NCBI RefSeq assembly: GCF_021378375.1
Contig: NZ_CP076228.1
Span: 510,001 to 542,000, forward strand
DNA: 32,000 bases
Source: Wolbachia endosymbiont of Drosophila innubila
GTDB lineage: Bacteria; Pseudomonadota; Alphaproteobacteria; Rickettsiales; Anaplasmataceae
Direction: 5' to 3'
Part shown: in pieces, positions 10,240-23,731 of the stretch
How positions within the stretch are numbered: the stretch's first letter is position 1
Layout: each line of letters starts with the position of its first letter
Notes under the pieces: generated by a model
Database searches by the model: none
The model's input: the letters and a program-made list of their open reading frames with translations, nothing else
Told to the model about the DNA's origin: nothing
Program-made: the position numbers and the translations under genes

Positions 10240-11315
10240 GGGATGGCTTTGTTGCATCACACTTTATGAGATGGTGATTTATGGTAAATTCATGTAACTA
10301 TCTCAAATTTAGCCATACCAATATCAGTGAATTTATTAAGCAAATAGCATTTAGTTCTTTTTCTCGATTTATCTCAGATTTATTCCTAAAACTAAATCCG
10401 AATATTTGCTTTAATCTTGAGAAAAACCCTTCAATATAAGATCTTTTCCCATAATTTACTTCTTTTTTTCCATTCTTTCATGCCATCTTCACCGTATAAT
10501 TTTATTAACCTAATAGCAGCATTCCTGTCAGACATATAATCTATTTCTGGATGTTCTGCCGCATTGTTTATTGGTGGAATTTTTGTCTTTATATCATATT
10601 CGTTACACAACTTATAAAACTTGTGCCTATCACATGCCCTATCTGCATATAGTACTTTTATGACATACTGAAAATCGACTTCTTTTAGCAAATCACAAGC
10701 TCCATAGTGATCAGCCGTTACTGTATTTTACAGCTATGGCTTTTTTGCTGTTTGTATTCAACATTACATGCAATTTTCTTGTCTGTTCATAGCTGCGATA
10801 CTTTCTATCTTCGCTATTTTCTTTGCTATGACCAGGAGTGTTGTTGTATATACTAATTCCTGTACTGTCTATAGCAATTTCGATATCTTCCATATTATTT
10901 TCTGCAATCATTGATCTTAATATTGAGTTTCTTAAACCTTCTTGATGATTGTGAATAGCTGATAACTTGCAAATTTTTCCCAATTTGCTCAAGGTATCCT
11001 GCTATAAACCCAACTGTTTGCCTCAGGCCTATTCTAAATAAACAAGTTATTATGTGCACCAAAATTACAACTTTATCGCTATAAATATTGTTGCCACCTG
11101 GTATTTTTGGACCATTCTCGTACCACTTTTCTATGGCTTCGTTGATATAATGAAAAATATTTCCTCTTTTTTCTAGAAATTTGTTATATTCGCTATGGTT
11201 ACTGACCCTCATTTTTTGTGGCATATTTTTTCTTTCAAGGTTAAATGGCTATTTTATAATGAATTTTGTCAGTAGCCACCAGATTTTTTCAGTTGCTATG
11301 CAACAAAGCCATCCC
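10240..11315 (-). mobile_element. Degraded IS5-type insertion sequence with terminal inverted repeats
   Basis: GGGATGGCTTTGTTGCAT at 10240-10257 pairs with ATGCAACAAAGCCATCCC at 11298-11315. The match extends to 24 bp (10234-10257 with 11298-11321). Internal minus-strand ORFs encode pieces of one DDE transposase. Confidence 0.8.
10431..11224 (-). pseudogene. IS5-like DDE transposase, broken into three ORFs
   Basis: N-terminal piece 10895-11224 (YNKFLEKRGNIFHYINEAIEKWYENG), middle piece 10711-10992 (EIAIDSTGISIYNNTPGHSKENS...), C-terminal piece 10431-10691 (VLYADRACDRHKFYKLCNEYDIKTKIPPINNA). The pieces are in different frames. Confidence 0.8.
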
Positions 11316-11333
11316 AGTGTCAAGCACTGGGAT
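11311..11333. repeat. Hairpin repeat, 9-bp perfect stem
   Basis: ATCCCAGTG-TCAAG-CACTGGGAT. Related ATCCCAG...CTGGGAT sequences are near 8548-8572, and half-sites occur near 10120 and 10236. Confidence 0.8.
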
Positions 11334-11396
11334 CTGGTAGACAATGTTCATACAGCAGCTACTCGGATGACACCTTGTGCTTGCTGGCTATAATTG

Positions 11397-14003
<2,607 letters not shown>

Positions 14004-14128
14004 TCAAACATATCTTCTTAAAGTGTATACTAAATATTGTACTAAAACAATGAAATTTACTTATTTTTAATAATAACTTTTAACGCTGATCTTTAAAATT
14101 TATTTTAATAGCTTCAAATTTTAACAAT

Positions 14129-14644
14129 ATGAACGCGGTGAAAAATCTAGTTATTTGGTTGCTAATAATAGCCACTACTGCAATGCTTATTGATTCACAA
14201 AGGGACAAACTAAGCGACAGATTTCTCAGTACTTTTTTACCATATAAAGGAAGAATTCAAAATAGCGGTCAGAATAGTGGAAGTATTGAATTTACGAAGT
14301 CATATGATGGACACTTTTATATTCAGGCTCAAGTCAATGATCGCAATATAACGTTTTTGCTTGATACTGGAGCAACCGATATTGTTCTATCACAAAAAGA
14401 CGCATTACATGTTGGTATTAACTTACAAAATGTTCAGGATTTTAAAATATATGAAACTGCGAAAGGTCAAATAAAAGCTGGAGTGGTTCAAATACCTCAA
14501 GTTAAAATAGGAAATTTTTTGATTAATGATGTACAGGCAAGCGTTAACACTCATTCTATGTCTCATTCACTACTTGGAATGAGCTTTTTAAGGTATTTTC
14601 ATTTCACTATAAGAGATAATAAGTTGATATTATACCGCGACTAA
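14129..14644 (+). CDS. Retropepsin-like (clan AA) aspartic protease, TIGR02281-like
   Basis: 171 aa: N-terminal TM, catalytic FLLDTGATDIVLSQKDA, and HSLLGMSFLRYF. Confidence 0.85.
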   Translation: MNAVKNLVIWLLIIATTAMLIDSQRDKLSDRFLSTFLPYKGRIQNSGQNSGSIEFTKSYDGHFYIQAQVNDRNITFLLDTGATDIVLSQKDALHVGINLQNVQDFKIYETAKGQIKAGVVQIPQVKIGNFLINDVQASVNTHSMSHSLLGMSFLRYFHFTIRDNKLILYRD

Positions 14645-14650
14645 ACACTT

Positions 14651-15535
<885 letters not shown>

Positions 15536-15726
15536 TTAAACTTGAATTTTATATACTTTTCAAAAAATTCACTAGTTTATTCTGTGATTGTTTGATTATG
15601 TCAATTTTTCCATCAGTTAATTCTTGTCTGTCAATTAAGTTCTATCTAGCTTGCATACTACCATTTTGAAGTACATTACAAAAGCGAAATACTGCCAATT
15701 TGGCCCATCATTTTATCTCTGCAAGC

Positions 15727-16006
15727 TTATCCCCCCCTTGCTATGTTAGCAACGCAACCTAAGCTAGGTTCCTTCATAGCAGTGTTAGGTACACTGCCAT
15801 ATCTTTCAAAACTTTCATGCTCTATAGCTTCCTCAACACTTTTTCCTCCTAAAAGACAGTTTTCCCCTAAACTTTTTCCCCTATTTTTTAACTCATTAAG
15901 CCTTGCTCTGTTTTCCCCATCAATCTCCACTTTTATTTTATTGCTGCCTTTCTCACTAGGACTTAGATAAATACTTATCTCTCCTACCTCAGTAGTAAAA
16001 GGTCTG
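15727..16006 (-). pseudogene. Fragment downstream of the group II intron, identity unknown
   Basis: Continuous minus-strand frame RPFTTEVGEISIYLSPSEKGSNKIKVEIDGENRARLNELKNRGKSLGENCLLGGKSVEEAIEHESFERYGSVPNTAMKEPSLGCVANIARGG, with no start codon upstream of the intron boundary. Confidence 0.45.
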
Positions 16007-17915
16007 GTAGAGACTCATGACCTTGAAACCAGCGATTTGGTCTCATAACCATAGTCTCCCCAAAAGAACCGTGCTTGCGGATTTCCCGCACACGGCTCCA
16101 CAATACAGCGTTCACACTAGTGCTCCTGTGTATAAAACATATACCTTTGGTTTTGGTAATGGATTTACTTTTAAATAGTGTATAAATTGTTCCCAATCCA
16201 TACTTTTCTTTTGACTACGTCGGTTTATCCACTTAAATGCTAACTTTGTTACCGGTCGATAGAATTGAATCAAACACCGATAATTTCCGCTAACTCCGAA
16301 GTAGCTATAGTGTCCTGTTAGTTTGGCTTTAAGTTTCTGCCACCAATCTTTGAAACAGATACGACTTCGTACCATCTTCAACCATTCTTTGATTTCTTTA
16401 ATCTTTCTGGCTAGGCTTATTTTTTTGAAGTTTTCTGCTTCATCATAAGTTTACCATTACGACTTTTCCACAATAATGTGTAAATCCTAGAAAGTTGAAG
16501 CTAGCCGTCCTACGTTTCTCTCTTTCTGCTTGATACCATTCTTTCTTACCAAACTTTACTATTTTTGTTTTATTTTCAGCTATTTCCAACCCAAATTTAC
16601 TTAGTCTTTGTTTCAGTAATTCTAGAAATTCTTTTGCGTCTTCTTCCCTCTCGCAGCCAACTACAAAATCGTCGCAAAACCTTATTAGCTGTAAATATCC
16701 TCTGGCTTTTGGCTTAAATTTCTTTTCAAACCATAAGTCCAGCACATAGTGTAAGTATATATTAGCTAATACAGGGCTTACTATACCACCTTGTGGTGTG
16801 CCTTGATCGGTTGCTTTATAACATCCAACTTCGACTATTCCTGCCTTTAGAAATCGTTTTATTAACCACAATAAATTTGGGTCAGCTATTCGTTCCCTTA
16901 GACAATTCATTAGCCATTTATGTTGAACATTATCAAAGAACTTCTTGATATCCACTTCTACAATATAGTTAATTGGTTTGTGCATAACTGCTTTATCTAG
17001 AGCGTTTATCGCCTGATGACAATTTCTTCCTGGTCGAAATCCATACGAGCTGTCCATAAAGTTTGCTTCATAAATATTTTCTAATATCTTCTTTAGCATT
17101 ACCTGTACCAACTTATCTTCCGTTGATGGTATTCCGAGACCGCGCTTCTCTTTGCTCCCGGCTTTGGGTATGTATACCCTTTTCACTGGTAGCGGTTGAT
17201 ATTGTTTTCTCTTCATACTATCCACTAGTGTTTTAAGTTTCTCTTCTAGATTTTCTCCATAAGCTTCCACTGTCACACGATCTATACTACAAGCCTTGTT
17301 GCGTTTTAGTTCCTTATAACACTCTGCAAGATTCTCTTCATTAATCAAATGAACTAATGATGTAAATTTTACTCGCTTATCTTGCTTAGCCCTTACTGCT
17401 ATCTGGTTTAGTTTTCCTTGCATACTCCTCTAATCTCTGTTGTATTGGTATAGCAATCCCTATACCAGTCACTATATTGCTAACCGCTTCCCTTGTATGT
17501 GGCTTTCCCACACTCCGAGTACTATCAATTAGTCCGACTTCCTTTGCATCTTCCTCCAGTCCTCGCCTTTATTGACTTGTTCCAGAGTACCCTTACAGGA
17601 ATACAAAGGATCTCCCAAGTTCACGTAAGGTCCATCTCAACACATGACGCGGCCTTCGATCCCGATGAGGTGAGTAATATCTTGCCTTAGCGTTATTACC
17701 CATGTTGCCTTCCACCAAATGTAAAGTGTCAGCCCCCATGACGCGTGAATTACGGGACTCAATACCTTCACTTTCGTTGCACCCTATGTTGTCCATTCCA
17801 TTAGCTTTACTACGCTCGTTACCTTACGCAGCATAATGGTTTGTTCCAGGTTGCCGGCTAAGCTTTACCCGTGTTGGATTTTCACCAACTGTTCCTTACG
17901 CACTTCTTGGCGCAC
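16007..17915 (-). mobile_element. Group II intron with a degraded intron-encoded protein
   Basis: 5' end GTGCG at 17915 (GTGCGCCAAGAAG). Domain V hairpin GAGCCGTGTGCGGGAAATCCGCAAGCACGGTTC at 16098-16066. Domain VI-like hairpin GGAGACT...AGTCTCT ending ...CTAC near 16007. It encodes a reverse transcriptase/maturase. Exact 3' boundary uncertain by a few nt. Confidence 0.85.
16112..17423 (-). pseudogene. ltrA: Group II intron reverse transcriptase/maturase, frame-disrupted
   Basis: RT domain ORF 16443-17423 (NKACSIDRVTVEAY, RGLGIPSTEDKLVQ, DSSYGFRPGRNCHQA, TPQGGIVSPVLANIYLH, RFCDDFVVGC). The C-terminal maturase piece lies in a separate ORF at 16112-16381 (RSRICFKDWWQKLKAKLTGHYSYFGVSGN). The frame is disrupted between about 16385 and 16470. 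Confidence 0.85.
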
Positions 17916-18782
17916 ACATAATAACCCTCCTTTTTCAATTAATTCACTTGAGTCTTGAATTGGCTGTTCTTGTTTATCTGTTGTGTTTAAATTCATACTG
18001 TAACTCCTATATTGATTGATAAATTCAGAATATATCATAATTCCATCGGCAAGCCCTACTTCTGTTGCATTTTCTCCAAAATATAGCCCTGCCTCTGTTG
18101 ATCGAATCTTTTCAATTGAAAGACCTCTGTTCCTTGCTATTAGCTGCACAAACATTTCATATAGTCGGTCTACTTCTTTTTGTAAGCTTTCCAGACTTTC
18201 AGACGTCATTGGCTCATGCGGATTTAAATCATTCTTTCGACTACCAGCAAAGATTGTGGTGTACTTAATACCTTGCTTTTCATCAAACCTACTTTGATCT
18301 ATATGACTTGCTATTACTCCTATACTACCAACACCAGAAGTTCTGCTCACAAATACCTTTTCGCTACTCGAAGCAATTGCATACGCAGCAGAATACGCAT
18401 CGTCATTTGCTATCGCTATTATCCTCTTTTTTCCTCTTGCACTATAGATAAAATCAGCTAAGTCAAATACACCGTTTACCTCTCCTCCTGGACTATCTAT
18501 ATCAAGCAGAATAGTTTCTATATCTTTGTTTGATAATGCTTCTTCTATTTCTTCTTGAATTTTCTCATATGATGTCATTCCCAGAAAATCGTCAAAAGCT
18601 CCTGGTTTTTTGGTCAAAATTCCATGTATTGCTATTACTGCTGTTTTTTCTATATTCTGATTTACTGCATGTTTTATATTTTTAAAGATAGGTTGTTTTC
18701 CTTTATATAGTGACAACAAGTCAAAGCTTTTTTGCTCTATCATCATCGGCCTACATAGCCAATTGGTTTGTAAAATTTCCAT
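17916..18782 (-). CDS. Phage minor capsid protein C-like S49 peptidase, 5' exon interrupted by the group II intron
   Basis: IESPGG-like LLDIDSPGGEVNGVFDLADFI and DDAYSAAYAIASSSEKVFVSRTSGVGSIGVIA match the S49/SppA fold. The annotated ORF runs to 17865, but residues after GGLLC are intron sequence. Confidence 0.85.
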
Positions 18783-18796
18783 AAAGTAAACGAGAT

Positions 18797-20200
18797 TTAT
18801 TTTTTTTGTGTCCTGACATCAGAATCAAAGAAAAGGTTGAGAGAATCAGCACGCTTTTGATCTTCTGCTATTTCTTGATCAATTTCTTCTACATCGTAAC
18901 CCATTTCTGACACTACTTCTGACCTACTCTTAAATCCATTTCTTACTGCCATTTGCTGTGCTTGCTGGTCTTTCAGTGGATCTACCCAATCAAATCCCTG
19001 TGGTATCCATTTTACATCTTTAAATATTTGATTATCTGTTGTAGAAAGCTCTCCAGATAAAGTGGCAAGTTCTAGCCATCTACTCCATACTGGTCTGCAA
19101 AATTGGAATACTATAATGTTATGTTGCAGCATAGCGCATCTACGACGAAACTCTATTAATCCTGCTCTGATTGATGAATAATTAACTCCTGTTAAATCTC
19201 CTGTTAGCTGTTCATATGTTATCCCTGTACCAATCGCTATTGCCCTCAGTTGCTGTCTCATAAATGCTTCATAACTTCCCCCAACATCAGACGGCTCTGA
19301 AAATTTTATGTCTTCTCCTGGGTCTAAAAGCTGCATTGTTCCAGGTTCCAGTCCAGATAGTGCTACTCCTTGCTCATTACTTTCACCTTCTCCTAAAATA
19401 TTTGCTTCTGGATCAAGTCTCGTAATAAACCCTGCAAACATCGCTGCTGTCTTTTTTCTCACTAATTCTGCATCATCGTATTGATCAAGCTCATAAAGCT
19501 TTAGCAGTATATTAGAAAGCCATGGCTCTCCTCTAATTTGCCCAGATCTTAAAGGTTTGTAGATATGTAAAACATCATTTGCCGGTACTCTCACTGATTC
19601 TCCAAACGTACTTTCACCAGGGTGTTCTTTAAATAGGTAGTATGCTTCTCTTTGCCCAAGCCTGTTAAACTCAATCCCGTTTCTTATTACATTACCATTT
19701 CCTAAAGTTTGATTTGTTTTATTATCTAAATGTTCAGACTCAAGTACTTGCAGTTGTAATGGTACAGAAAATCTATCTTCCAGCTTTCTCGTTCTTAAAC
19801 GTACAAAACATTCTCCTCCCTCTATCATACTTCTGCATACTAGAGCTTGTAATCCATAAAAATCACTCACTCCGCTACTGTCTGCTTCATCTGTCCATTT
19901 CAGCCATAATTCTTGCACCTTCTTTCGAAATTCTCCATCCCTTGCTTTTGATTGCGGTTTTATTCCTGTTCCAATAGAGTTACTTACTATTGTATCAATG
20001 ATATTTGCTGCATATGGGTTTTTTCTCACCATATCACGTGATCTACTACGTAAAGTTTCAAGGCTTTGAGACAGCAAATTGTTTATACTTCCTAACTCTG
20101 GTTGAAAGTGAAAAAATCTTCTTCCTGAGCCTGCTGCATCCCATGCTGAGCTTTTTATCTTTGGTTTGTTAAATAATTGCTTGAAGGTTTTTAGCAGCAT
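18797..20200 (-). CDS. Phage portal protein, lambda family
   Basis: 467 aa: ARSRDMVRKNPYAANIIDTIVSNSIGTGIKPQSK, VLESEHLDN, LHIYKPLRSGQIRGEPWLSNIL, IAIGTGITYEQLTGDLTGVNYSSIRAGLIEFRRR. Confidence 0.92.
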   Translation of the reverse strand: MLLKTFKQLFNKPKIKSSAWDAAGSGRRFFHFQPELGSINNLLSQSLETLRSRSRDMVRKNPYAANIIDTIVSNSIGTGIKPQSKARDGEFRKKVQELWLKWTDEADSSGVSDFYGLQALVCRSMIEGGECFVRLRTRKLEDRFSVPLQLQVLESEHLDNKTNQTLGNGNVIRNGIEFNRLGQREAYYLFKEHPGESTFGESVRVPANDVLHIYKPLRSGQIRGEPWLSNILLKLYELDQYDDAELVRKKTAAMFAGFITRLDPEANILGEGESNEQGVALSGLEPGTMQLLDPGEDIKFSEPSDVGGSYEAFMRQQLRAIAIGTGITYEQLTGDLTGVNYSSIRAGLIEFRRRCAMLQHNIIVFQFCRPVWSRWLELATLSGELSTTDNQIFKDVKWIPQGFDWVDPLKDQQAQQMAVRNGFKSRSEVVSEMGYDVEEIDQEIAEDQKRADSLNLFFDSDVRTQKK

Positions 20201-20425
20201 TTATAAAATTCCTTTACTCGTTGAAAAAACAATTTTCCTCTTTGGCCTCATGCCTGCAACTTTTAACTCAGCCTTAATTCGTTGTCTTAAATTCAATAAA
20301 TCCTTTATTTGAACTTCCCCGTACCGCACAACATGGTCACCATATGCAATTGATACCACTCGTTCTCCGCTTTGCAGTTTTTGAATTGCTTTCTCAACTT
20401 GAGTTAAATATTCTTCACTGTACAT
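20201..20425 (-). CDS. GpW-like head-tail joining protein
   Basis: 74 aa between portal and terminase. SEEYLTQVEKAIQKLQSGERVVSIAYGDHVVRYGEVQIKDLLNLRQRIKAEL is typical of gpW-like proteins. Confidence 0.85.
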   Translation of the reverse strand: MYSEEYLTQVEKAIQKLQSGERVVSIAYGDHVVRYGEVQIKDLLNLRQRIKAELKVAGMRPKRKIVFSTSKGIL

Positions 20426-22250
20426 TTTGACTACTAAGCCATTTACTCTGTCTTAATTTTTTGGGCTTTTTGCTTTCCATTTTTCCACTCAAACTATTCC
20501 ATTTACTCTCTGGCCATCTATCTATTCCCAGTGCTATCGATGCTGCTCTTGCGTAAATTCGGCAATCTAGTACTTCATTTCTTTCTCTTACCTTTTGCCA
20601 CTCTTGTTTGGTATAACCTTTTACTACTTTGCTGACTAATTGCTCTGCCGTTAGCTGCTTAAAATATTCAGGTGCATACTCGGGAAAATGACAATATCCT
20701 GGCGGTGTTTCTTCACCATCTTTTAAAATATTAAGTAATTGAAAAAGCTCTGACTTTAATATTGATACTCCTACTGGCCAGAGCTTTATTCCTCTTTTTA
20801 GCTTTTGACCACCAACTGTTATATCTACTCTACTTGGGCTGCTAAGTGGTACTAGTGCTTTATTTACACCTTTGACTGCCATTACTCTTCCAGAGCCTTG
20901 ATGACCTCTTACCCAATTATACACTTCCTGCGTTGCATACCCGGCATCAACTGCCATCATACTTATCATATATTCAAGACCATTTTTACCGATAAAATGA
21001 TGATTGAGGAGCTCCGAAAGCTTTTTCCATACTTCTCCACTTCCTGTATCTCCTTCAAATACTTGGTAGTCTATTGACCAATTTTCACGGCTTTTTCCCC
21101 ATGCTACAACTTCTACTTCTAAGCGGTCTTTTTGAACATCTACTCCTGCTGTCAAAACTACTTCGCCTTTTGGTACTGTGCCAATCTGAAAAAATTCTCT
21201 CCTGTTAAATAATTGCTTCCAGTCTGGTACTTCTCCTTTATCTACCCAGGTTTCTCCAAGCGTTGTGTTGATCCAAACTTTCAGTAATTGTTCACTTTCC
21301 TTTGCATGCAGAAAATCCTCTACTGCTTGTTGCCAACTATACCAGCCAACTGGACTATAAAGACTTGAAAGATGAAATCCTTTTTTCTCACCTTTTACTC
21401 TATTAGTAGGTCTCCATTCTCCACGCTCAAGCATCTCTGTCTTTTGATGATTTTCTATTTTGCCGCTACATTCAGTGCAGACATAATGTGCTGTTCTTGA
21501 GTCGTTGTTTTCCCATTTAATTTGTGACCATTTTAGAACTTGATAGTAATTACAATACGGACATGGTACAAAAAAGTACTGCTTATCTGTTGCTTCAAAT
21601 TCTTTCTCAATTCTGCTTATTCCATGAATCGTTGGTGTTGATACTAAAAAAATCTTTCGCCGTGCAAATGTATTAGTTCGAGCAATACTGAGCAGCACTG
21701 GATCTCCTTCACCACCTGAATCTCCTGGATAGGCGTCTATTTCATCAAGAAAGAGATATTTTACTGGCATAGATCTCAGTGCTACACTGCTATTTGCTCC
21801 GGTTATTACTACTATTCCACCTGGAAATTCCTTACTTTGTACAGTATTGCCTGAGTCTCTTGACCTTGGGTCTTTTACTTTACTCTTTAAACATGGCGTA
21901 CTCTCTATTAACGGCGCAAATCTTCCTTTTGACCAACGCTTTCCCATTTCAACTGTTGGCTGCACAACTAACATTGGACCAGGAGTCTGATCTATAATAT
22001 AGCCTATCCAATTGTTACCAGCTTCTGTTCCTCCAATCTGCGCTCCTTTCATGAATACTACTTTTTCTGCTGGTGAGGACGGAGAAAGTGAATCCATGAT
22101 TTCTTTTAAATAAGGAGTTCTTTCTGTTCTCCATTTACCTGGCTCTGATGCTGCAGTTGGCGCTAAAACTCGATACTCATTCGCCCACTCTGACACTTTA
22201 AGTAGTGGATCTGACTTTAAACCTTCAGAAAAAGATGTAGCATATATCAT
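20415..22250 (-). CDS. Phage terminase large subunit, GpA family
   Basis: 611 aa: EPGKWRTERTPYLKEIMDSLSPSSPAEKVVFMKGAQIGGTEAGNNWIGYII, KYLFLDEIDAYPGDSGGEGDPVLLS, AGVDVQKDRLEVEVVAWG. Confidence 0.94.
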   Translation of the reverse strand: MIYATSFSEGLKSDPLLKVSEWANEYRVLAPTAASEPGKWRTERTPYLKEIMDSLSPSSPAEKVVFMKGAQIGGTEAGNNWIGYIIDQTPGPMLVVQPTVEMGKRWSKGRFAPLIESTPCLKSKVKDPRSRDSGNTVQSKEFPGGIVVITGANSSVALRSMPVKYLFLDEIDAYPGDSGGEGDPVLLSIARTNTFARRKIFLVSTPTIHGISRIEKEFEATDKQYFFVPCPYCNYYQVLKWSQIKWENNDSRTAHYVCTECSGKIENHQKTEMLERGEWRPTNRVKGEKKGFHLSSLYSPVGWYSWQQAVEDFLHAKESEQLLKVWINTTLGETWVDKGEVPDWKQLFNRREFFQIGTVPKGEVVLTAGVDVQKDRLEVEVVAWGKSRENWSIDYQVFEGDTGSGEVWKKLSELLNHHFIGKNGLEYMISMMAVDAGYATQEVYNWVRGHQGSGRVMAVKGVNKALVPLSSPSRVDITVGGQKLKRGIKLWPVGVSILKSELFQLLNILKDGEETPPGYCHFPEYAPEYFKQLTAEQLVSKVVKGYTKQEWQKVRERNEVLDCRIYARAASIALGIDRWPESKWNSLSGKMESKKPKKLRQSKWLSSQNVQ

Positions 22251-23728
22251 ATCGCTAGCTCTTCACCATCATTAGATGATACCTCAACATCACTTAAAAT
22301 AGAACTGCACTCACTTGTTTTCTCACTTTCGAATTCAATAAACATTTTCTTTTCAAGTGCTTCTTCTATGTACTTCTGAGTTAAATTACTCATTGCTATT
22401 GCAGCTATGAGCGCAACTATTCCCACCATTACCGCAGCTATAATGTTAGGGTAAATTCCCACTATCACTATTGCACATACTGTTATAGAAACACAGACGA
22501 TATTGATATATTTCTTTATTTTTTTGTCTGCTATTTTCCTTTCTTCAAAATATTTATTGCTCAATAAATGAAATGTTGGAAAGTTCTTCTGTCTTCCAAA
22601 TAACACTATTTCCTTCTCTTTGCTCAGTAATTTTATTAATTTTGCGTTGTTCGTTATTATTGCATACTGAAAAACATCCGTGGCATCTGCTCCTCTCTTT
22701 AGCAACAACTTTACTACGTTAAAGTGACCATGCTTTACAGCAACATAAATTCCCGTTTTTCCACTCTCATCTACAGCATCTATTTCAACTCCTTCACCAA
22801 GAATACCGTCTATTAGGTCTTCATATCCTTTTCTGGCAGCTAAATGAAGCAAACTGTTTTTATCAGCTCTGTATCTATTACTTGCTAAAATCTTTACTAT
22901 ATCTAATCTATTTGCTTCTTTTGCATAACAAAATGGTGTCTTGCCATTATCATCCTTAATTAAAGGATCTATATCTTCTCGCGTTAGTAAAACTTCTATT
23001 GTTTTCAGCCTTTCAGCATAATGTAGTGGCGTTTTATTTTCATAATCTTGTAAGTTAACCCCAGCATTAGGAACATTTATTAAGCATCTTACAATATCTA
23101 AACATAAGTCCCTTTCGTCGTAATTACTACTACTTATAGCTACGTGCAAAGAAGACAATTTCATTGCATTTCTGCCGCTGCCAACTACATTAACATTCGC
23201 ACCAAGATTTGAAAGTAATTTTACTACTCCTAGCTTCTTGTTGTTTACTGCATAATGAATTGCTGCATGATTTCTCGCATCAAGAACATCTTTGTCCGCA
23301 TTTCCTTCTCTAATTAAAATTTCTACTATTTGTTCATGCCCAGCTCCTGCCGCTAAGTGTAACGGTGTATGTAGTAAAGCATTCTGCTCATTAACATTAG
23401 TCCCTTTGTCGAGTAAAAACCTTACAGCATTTGCTTCATTCAACATCGCAGCTAAGTGAAGTAAGCTATCTTTCTCCAATCCATATTTGTGATTGATTAG
23501 TGCTTGTAATATCTCTTCTCTTGCACAATCCAGCGCACTTTTACCATTATCATCAGTGATCAGTAGATTAATATTTTTCCTATTTAGTAAGAGAGCAACC
23601 ATACTAAGCTCGTTAATTTCTACTGCATAATGTAGTGGGGTTTTCCCATTTAATCCTCTAACATTTACATCCACTCCTGGTTGATTAATAAGACACTTTA
23701 TTAATTCTAAACTTAAGTTAGCAGACAT
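22247..23728 (-). CDS. Ankyrin-repeat protein with C-terminal transmembrane segments
   Basis: 493 aa with multiple ANK units (GLNGKTPLHYAVEINELSMVALLL, NALLHTPLHLAAGAGHEQIVEILI, DESGKTGIYVAVKHGHFNVVKLLLKRGAD). Hydrophobic pair INIVCVSITVCAIVIVGIYPNIIAAVMVGIVALIAAIAM near the C-terminus. Confidence 0.92.
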   Translation of the reverse strand: MSANLSLELIKCLINQPGVDVNVRGLNGKTPLHYAVEINELSMVALLLNRKNINLLITDDNGKSALDCAREEILQALINHKYGLEKDSLLHLAAMLNEANAVRFLLDKGTNVNEQNALLHTPLHLAAGAGHEQIVEILIREGNADKDVLDARNHAAIHYAVNNKKLGVVKLLSNLGANVNVVGSGRNAMKLSSLHVAISSSNYDERDLCLDIVRCLINVPNAGVNLQDYENKTPLHYAERLKTIEVLLTREDIDPLIKDDNGKTPFCYAKEANRLDIVKILASNRYRADKNSLLHLAARKGYEDLIDGILGEGVEIDAVDESGKTGIYVAVKHGHFNVVKLLLKRGADATDVFQYAIITNNAKLIKLLSKEKEIVLFGRQKNFPTFHLLSNKYFEERKIADKKIKKYINIVCVSITVCAIVIVGIYPNIIAAVMVGIVALIAAIAMSNLTQKYIEEALEKKMFIEFESEKTSECSSILSDVEVSSNDGEELAI

Positions 23729-23731
23729 TAT

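Noticed and set aside
15743-17796. ORFs 15743-15970 (+), 15984-16196 (-), 17493-17690 (+) and 17593-17796 (-)
   Set aside because: They overlap structured group II intron RNA or the opposite strand of the orphan fragment. The stop-free stretches are consistent with GC-richer ribozyme domains rather than genes.
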